Shown: one piece after another, positions 59,762 through 64,000 of the stretch
Position numbering within the stretch: position 1 is the stretch's first letter
Layout: each line of letters starts with the position of its first letter
Source of the DNA: Fidelibacterota bacterium
GTDB lineage: Bacteria > Fidelibacterota > Fidelibacteria > Fidelibacterales > DSDE01
Direction: 5' to 3'
Length of the DNA stretch: 64,000 bases
Assembly: GCA_046735395.1 (NCBI GenBank)
Contig: JBJKQR010000001.1
Coordinates: forward strand, 32,001 to 96,000
The notes under the pieces: generated by a model
Seen by the model: only the letters and a program-made list of their open reading frames with translations
The model's database searches: none
What the model was told of the DNA's origin: nothing
Program-made: the position numbers and the translations under genes

Positions 59762-60159
59762 AAACCGCGATTTCGAAAGATTTTTCCTTTGATATGGCCC
59801 ATCGTCTTACATTTCATGAAGGCCTGTGCAGGAATATCCACGGACATACCTACCGCCTGGACGTGACACTGGAAGGCGATCCGGACAGCCGGGGAATGAT
59901 CATGGATTATGCCGATCTGAAATCCCTGGTCCATGAGCTGATCATCGAAAAACTGGACCATGCCCTGGCAGTGTACGAACAGGATTCACTGCTTATGGGA
60001 AAATTTGATCCTTCATTGAAACAGATTATCTTTCCCTTTGAGACGACAGCCGAAAACCTGGTTGCCTGGATATTCCGGGAAATCAGCCGCCGGGAGCCGA
60101 GACTGGCAGAGGTGACACTGTGGGAAACACCCGGAAATAAGGCCGTATGTACCAGATAA
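59758..60159 (+). CDS. queD: 6-carboxytetrahydropterin synthase
   Basis: F..AH.L..H.G.C.NIHGHTY, LDH, TAENL, L.ETP. Confidence 0.92.
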   Translation: MKTAISKDFSFDMAHRLTFHEGLCRNIHGHTYRLDVTLEGDPDSRGMIMDYADLKSLVHELIIEKLDHALAVYEQDSLLMGKFDPSLKQIIFPFETTAENLVAWIFREISRREPRLAEVTLWETPGNKAVCTR

Positions 60160-60746
60160 ACGAAATATTTGCCAGCATACAGGGGGAGGGATACTGGAGC
60201 GGTCAGGCTGCCGTATTCATCCGACTGAGCGGCTGCAATCTGCGCTGTGCCTTCTGTGATACGGAATTTCTGCGCAGCCGGACTATGTCTGTGAATGAGA
60301 TTTTAAAGGAACTGGAAAATTATGCCGCACGGCATGTGGTTATCACCGGCGGAGAGCCCTTGATGCAGGATCTGACGGAGCTCACACGGGCGTTGAAGTC
60401 CAGAGAATATTTCATTCAGATCGAAACCAACGGCATGTACGATCCCGGCCAGGCAGTTCTGGACTGGATCACGGTATCGCCCAAAAATACGAAACTGAAG
60501 ATCCGCAAGGCACATGAACTGAAGCTGTTGCTGGAAACGGGACGGCAGCCGGATGAGCGGGCGGACCTGGTGGAGGCAGCTCATAGATTTATCTCACCCG
60601 TGAACCCGGGGACCGGAAGAGATGCCGGACTTGATTCTGCTGCCGTCTTTGATCCGGAAGCCGCAGCCTACTGCAGCAGATATGTGACGGAGCATCCGGA
60701 ATGGCGGCTTACGGTGCAGCTCCATAAAATTCTGGGATTGCCGTGA
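60147..60746 (+). CDS. queE: 7-carboxy-7-deazaguanine synthase (radical SAM)
   Basis: EIF.SIQGEG, CNLRCAFCDT, TGGEP, ETNG, SPK, Q.HK. Confidence 0.95.
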   Translation: MYQINEIFASIQGEGYWSGQAAVFIRLSGCNLRCAFCDTEFLRSRTMSVNEILKELENYAARHVVITGGEPLMQDLTELTRALKSREYFIQIETNGMYDPGQAVLDWITVSPKNTKLKIRKAHELKLLLETGRQPDERADLVEAAHRFISPVNPGTGRDAGLDSAAVFDPEAAAYCSRYVTEHPEWRLTVQLHKILGLP

Positions 60747-61435
60747 AGACTGTGGATACAGATCAAAAAGCGCTGGTTCTGCTTTCCGGCGGCCAGGATT
60801 CCATGACCTGCCTCTATTGGAGCCGGCAGCAGTTCAGCACTTTGGAGGCCCTATTTTTTCATTATGAACAGCGGCATCATCTGGAATATGACAGTGCCTC
60901 AAGAGTGGCCACCGACCTTCAGATTCCGCTTCATGAGCTGCATGTGCCCGCTTTCAGCGAAATCGGCGGTTCGGCCATGATTGAAGACATCGATATCACC
61001 GAGACCGAAGCCGGTTTGCCGAATACCTTCGTTCCCGGACGGAATATCGTATTTCTCACGCTGGCAGCCTCCCTGGCCTACACACGGGGTATCGGAAATA
61101 TTGTCATCGGTGTCAATCAGATGGATTACAGCGGCTATCCGGACTGCCGCAGTGATTTCATCCTGTCCATGCAGGACAGCCTCCGGCTCGGACTCGATTT
61201 TCACCTGCGTCTGCATACACCGCTGTCGTCCCTGGATAAGGCCGGAATCTGGGCCCTGGCTGATGATCTCGGCGTGTTCGATATCATCGTTCAGCAATCA
61301 CATACCTGCTATCTGGGAGACAGGCGTCAGTTCAATCCCTGGGGCTACGGCTGCGGCAGCTGCCCCGCCTGCCGACTGAGAGCAGATGGGTATAAACGCT
61401 ATCTGGAAAGGAAAAACGGAAAAGTAGTATTATGA
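60743..61435 (+). CDS. queC: 7-cyano-7-deazaguanine synthase
   Basis: SGGQDS, PNTFVPGRN, DYSGYPDCR, TCY...GCG.CPAC.LR. Confidence 0.96.
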   Translation: MKTVDTDQKALVLLSGGQDSMTCLYWSRQQFSTLEALFFHYEQRHHLEYDSASRVATDLQIPLHELHVPAFSEIGGSAMIEDIDITETEAGLPNTFVPGRNIVFLTLAASLAYTRGIGNIVIGVNQMDYSGYPDCRSDFILSMQDSLRLGLDFHLRLHTPLSSLDKAGIWALADDLGVFDIIVQQSHTCYLGDRRQFNPWGYGCGSCPACRLRADGYKRYLERKNGKVVL

Positions 61436-62682
61436 AAAGGATTATGAAGTACGTCGTTATCGCTGTTGCACTCCTGACTCAATCAGCCATGTCCGAGTCC
61501 TTTAACTCACAGGTCATCAATGTCAGCGGAACGGAATCAGGAAATATTGTTCTGGTTGAAAAAGCTGATCAAACCCTGATGGTGATGAAAAGCTTCGGAC
61601 CACAGCAGCTCAGCACAGTGAAAAGCTTCAAGGTGACCACCGGCCGCAATCGGGGAGATAAAGCGGCTGAAGGGGATTTACGCACGCCGGAAGGCATCTA
61701 TTATGTGAAATATGAAATTCCCGGGGAGAAGCTGGCGCCCAAATACGGCCCCCTGGCCATGGTGCTCGATTATCCGAATGCTCTCGACCAGCTGAATCAT
61801 CATAATGGCACCAATATCTGGATCCACGGACGGGATGTGGAAATCAAGGATCTTCAGACCGAAGGCTGCATCTCACTGGAAAATGAAAATACCCTGCAGC
61901 TGGAAACCTTCATCACCCGGGAAAAAACGCCAATTATCATTGTTGATTCACTGAAATATTTTTCCGCAAATGATATGGATAAGGAACGGCGGCTGTGGAA
62001 TTCAAAACTGGAATTGTGGCGCAAGTACTGGGAAACGGGTGACATGGAACGGTATTTCCAGATGTATTCCAAACATTTTGTGGATCAGTCAGGCCGTTCC
62101 ATGCAGGAATTCGCCAGATATAAATCGGAACTGGATAAGCGCTACGCCTGGAAAAAAATCAGTATCCGGGATATTATGGCATACCGGACCGACAGTGAAG
62201 TTCATGTCCACTTCATGCAGACCTATGACAGCCCGGTCTTTTCCGGAACCGGATACAAGATTCTCGTTTTTGTTCTGGACGGGGAAGGCGAGTGGCGCAT
62301 CCTGAGGGAAACCTACAACGACACCCAGCCGCGGCATTATGTGGAGGCGGACCTGAAATATTTTCTCAGACAGTGGAAGATGGCCTGGGAAAGCAAGGAT
62401 ATTAAACGCTATGAAAAATTCTACAGTCCCAATTTCAACAGTGGAGATATGAATTTTATCCAGTATCTGGACTATAAGACGCAGAAATTCTCTGAGACAT
62501 CCGCCATCCATCTCTCCATGTCGGATATATCCATCGTGAACAAGAGTCCGGATATCTGGCAGATCCGTTTTCTGCAGGACTATTCCGCCGGGGATTATCA
62601 TGATACAGGCTGGAAGACCCTCACGATCAAGGATGTGAATAAAGTCTATTTTATTATAGATGAAACATGGCAAAATCTTTAA
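61432..62682 (+). CDS. YkuD-family L,D-transpeptidase/carboxypeptidase with two NTF2-like C-terminal repeats (Csd6/Pgp2-like)
   Basis: K..EGD.RTPEG.Y, LDYPN..D, IWIHG...TEGCI; repeats W..WE..D...Y...YS..F. Confidence 0.85.
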   Translation: MKRIMKYVVIAVALLTQSAMSESFNSQVINVSGTESGNIVLVEKADQTLMVMKSFGPQQLSTVKSFKVTTGRNRGDKAAEGDLRTPEGIYYVKYEIPGEKLAPKYGPLAMVLDYPNALDQLNHHNGTNIWIHGRDVEIKDLQTEGCISLENENTLQLETFITREKTPIIIVDSLKYFSANDMDKERRLWNSKLELWRKYWETGDMERYFQMYSKHFVDQSGRSMQEFARYKSELDKRYAWKKISIRDIMAYRTDSEVHVHFMQTYDSPVFSGTGYKILVFVLDGEGEWRILRETYNDTQPRHYVEADLKYFLRQWKMAWESKDIKRYEKFYSPNFNSGDMNFIQYLDYKTQKFSETSAIHLSMSDISIVNKSPDIWQIRFLQDYSAGDYHDTGWKTLTIKDVNKVYFIIDETWQNL

Positions 62683-64000
62683 TCACTAAAAGTGTTCTGC
62701 TGCTGCTGGCAGCCCTGTCAGCCGGCATAGCGGAAAGCAGCGTAAAGCGCCCCGGAATCGTTGTCGATACCCGTTTCCCGAATACGGAAAACGAGCTGAA
62801 AATTTATCGGAATTACGGGCGTACGGACGGGTCCACCATTCTGGTCATCGGCGGCATACAGGGGGATGAGCCGGGCGGATATCTGAGCGCCGATCTCTAT
62901 TCCGAACTTCCGCTCGAAAAGGGAAATCTCATTGTCGTGCCTCGGGCAAATTTTCAGTCCATCATCACCAACCGCCGTGCCATGGAAAAGGATATGAACC
63001 GCCTGTTCAACCAGGATAAGGCCGCTCAAACTGCCGAGGACAGCATCGTGGTCATCATTTCCGGGCTCATGGGCGAAGCGGACCTCTTCCTGAATCTGCA
63101 TGACGGATACGGGTTTTACCGCGACAAGTGGATCGATGCCAAACACAACCCCCATCGTTTCGGACAGTCGCTCATCGCCGATGTTGATGTTTATAATTAC
63201 AAGGGACGGACCATTGATCTGAAGGGCATCGCCGGAAGCATTCTGCAGAATGTGAACAAGAAAATCCCCAATCCCGAATATCAGATTCATTTCATGAATA
63301 CCCATTCCTTCGACCCGCAGAGCGAGTTCCGGGAAATGATTAACAGCGGCACCTACAATGCCCTGGTCAATTACGGCATTCCTGCCTTCGGTATCGAAAG
63401 CTCGAAGGATCTGCCCAGTGTGGAGGAGAAAATTCTTTATCACAATCTGGTGATCAATGAATTCATGGCGCTCTATGATATCCTGCCGGAAATTCCCGGC
63501 ATCAAGGAGGAGACGGTCAATCTGCTCTTCTGTCATATCAGTATCAACGGGCAGAAACCGGAAATCATCTATCCCGGTGACCGCATCAAACTGAAACGGG
63601 GCGACAGGCTCTCCGTGCGGCATATCTCGGCCGGGACCACCGAAAACGGCCTGAGCTGCGATATTCTCGGCATCGGGTCCTATCAGGACTATGGCAAGGA
63701 CCTGACTGTCTCAAACAGCACAGAGATCCTCTTCCGCAAGGATGCCCGCACCATCGGCAAGGTCTTTGTGGATGTGGAAACACCGCCCATCCGTAAATCG
63801 CTCATTTCCTACGTCCTGAAACGGAACGGCGAATGGATCAAGCTGTCGGACGGCGATACGCTCCGGCTCGGGCCCCGGGACAGCTTCTCCATCGAGGATG
63901 TGAACAGTCCCGATTTCCGTGCTGACGAGATTACGGTCAATGTGAAGGGCTGGGTTCCCAAAGGCAGCTATAATGATGGTGAGGACCGGCATTTTTCTGT
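62667..64000 (+). CDS. M99/M14-clan peptidoglycan carboxypeptidase (Csd4/Pgp1-like), runs off the window's right edge (not in ORF track)
   Basis: Manual translation from ATG 62667: signal peptide, LVIGGIQGDEPGG, DMNRLF, FLNLHDG.GFY, AFGIESSK. Confidence 0.85.
   Translation, partial: MAKSLITKSVLLLLAALSAGIAESSVKRPGIVVDTRFPNTENELKIYRNYGRTDGSTILVIGGIQGDEPGGYLSADLYSELPLEKGNLIVVPRANFQSIITNRRAMEKDMNRLFNQDKAAQTAEDSIVVIISGLMGEADLFLNLHDGYGFYRDKWIDAKHNPHRFGQSLIADVDVYNYKGRTIDLKGIAGSILQNVNKKIPNPEYQIHFMNTHSFDPQSEFREMINSGTYNALVNYGIPAFGIESSKDLPSVEEKILYHNLVINEFMALYDILPEIPGIKEETVNLLFCHISINGQKPEIIYPGDRIKLKRGDRLSVRHISAGTTENGLSCDILGIGSYQDYGKDLTVSNSTEILFRKDARTIGKVFVDVETPPIRKSLISYVLKRNGEWIKLSDGDTLRLGPRDSFSIEDVNSPDFRADEITVNVKGWVPKGSYNDGEDRHFS

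Noticed and set aside
62718..63992. Minus-strand ORFs 62718-63623, 63586-63783 and 63711-63992
   Set aside because: Antisense shadows of the plus-strand carboxypeptidase, which the ORF track missed because it has no stop in the window

Overview
Bacterial chromosomal window of moderate GC. FlgD/T9SS-type C-terminal sorting domains, a TonB-dependent receptor and a DUF4837-like lipoprotein suggest a diderm FCB-group organism (inference). Most of the window is housekeeping or metabolic: thrC, sthA, pepA, purM, gpsA, rsgA, trxA, tkt, pdp, lptF, HU, queDEC, two GH13 enzymes, tRNA-Met(CAT) and tRNA-Leu(CAA). The first ~11 kb looks accessory. The most unusual structure is at 6507-7928, where an AT-rich GxxExxY (PD-(D/E)XK-like) gene lies inside an array of about seven 126-bp palindromic repeat units built from phased CACG(A/G)A boxes. 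The array is bounded by inverted repeats and its two outermost copies are near-identical. It is a candidate nuclease-plus-repeat (REP/RAYT-like) element and is not a CRISPR. Other points of note: a hybrid histidine kinase split by one in-frame TGA, two microcompartment shell genes next to HU with no BMC locus, a Csd6/Csd4-like peptidoglycan-trimming pair coupled to queDEC, a 59-aa diheme lipoprotein, a PadR-pentapeptide-ABC cassette and an orphan sorting-domain remnant. All family assignments come from motif recognition by eye; no database search was run.
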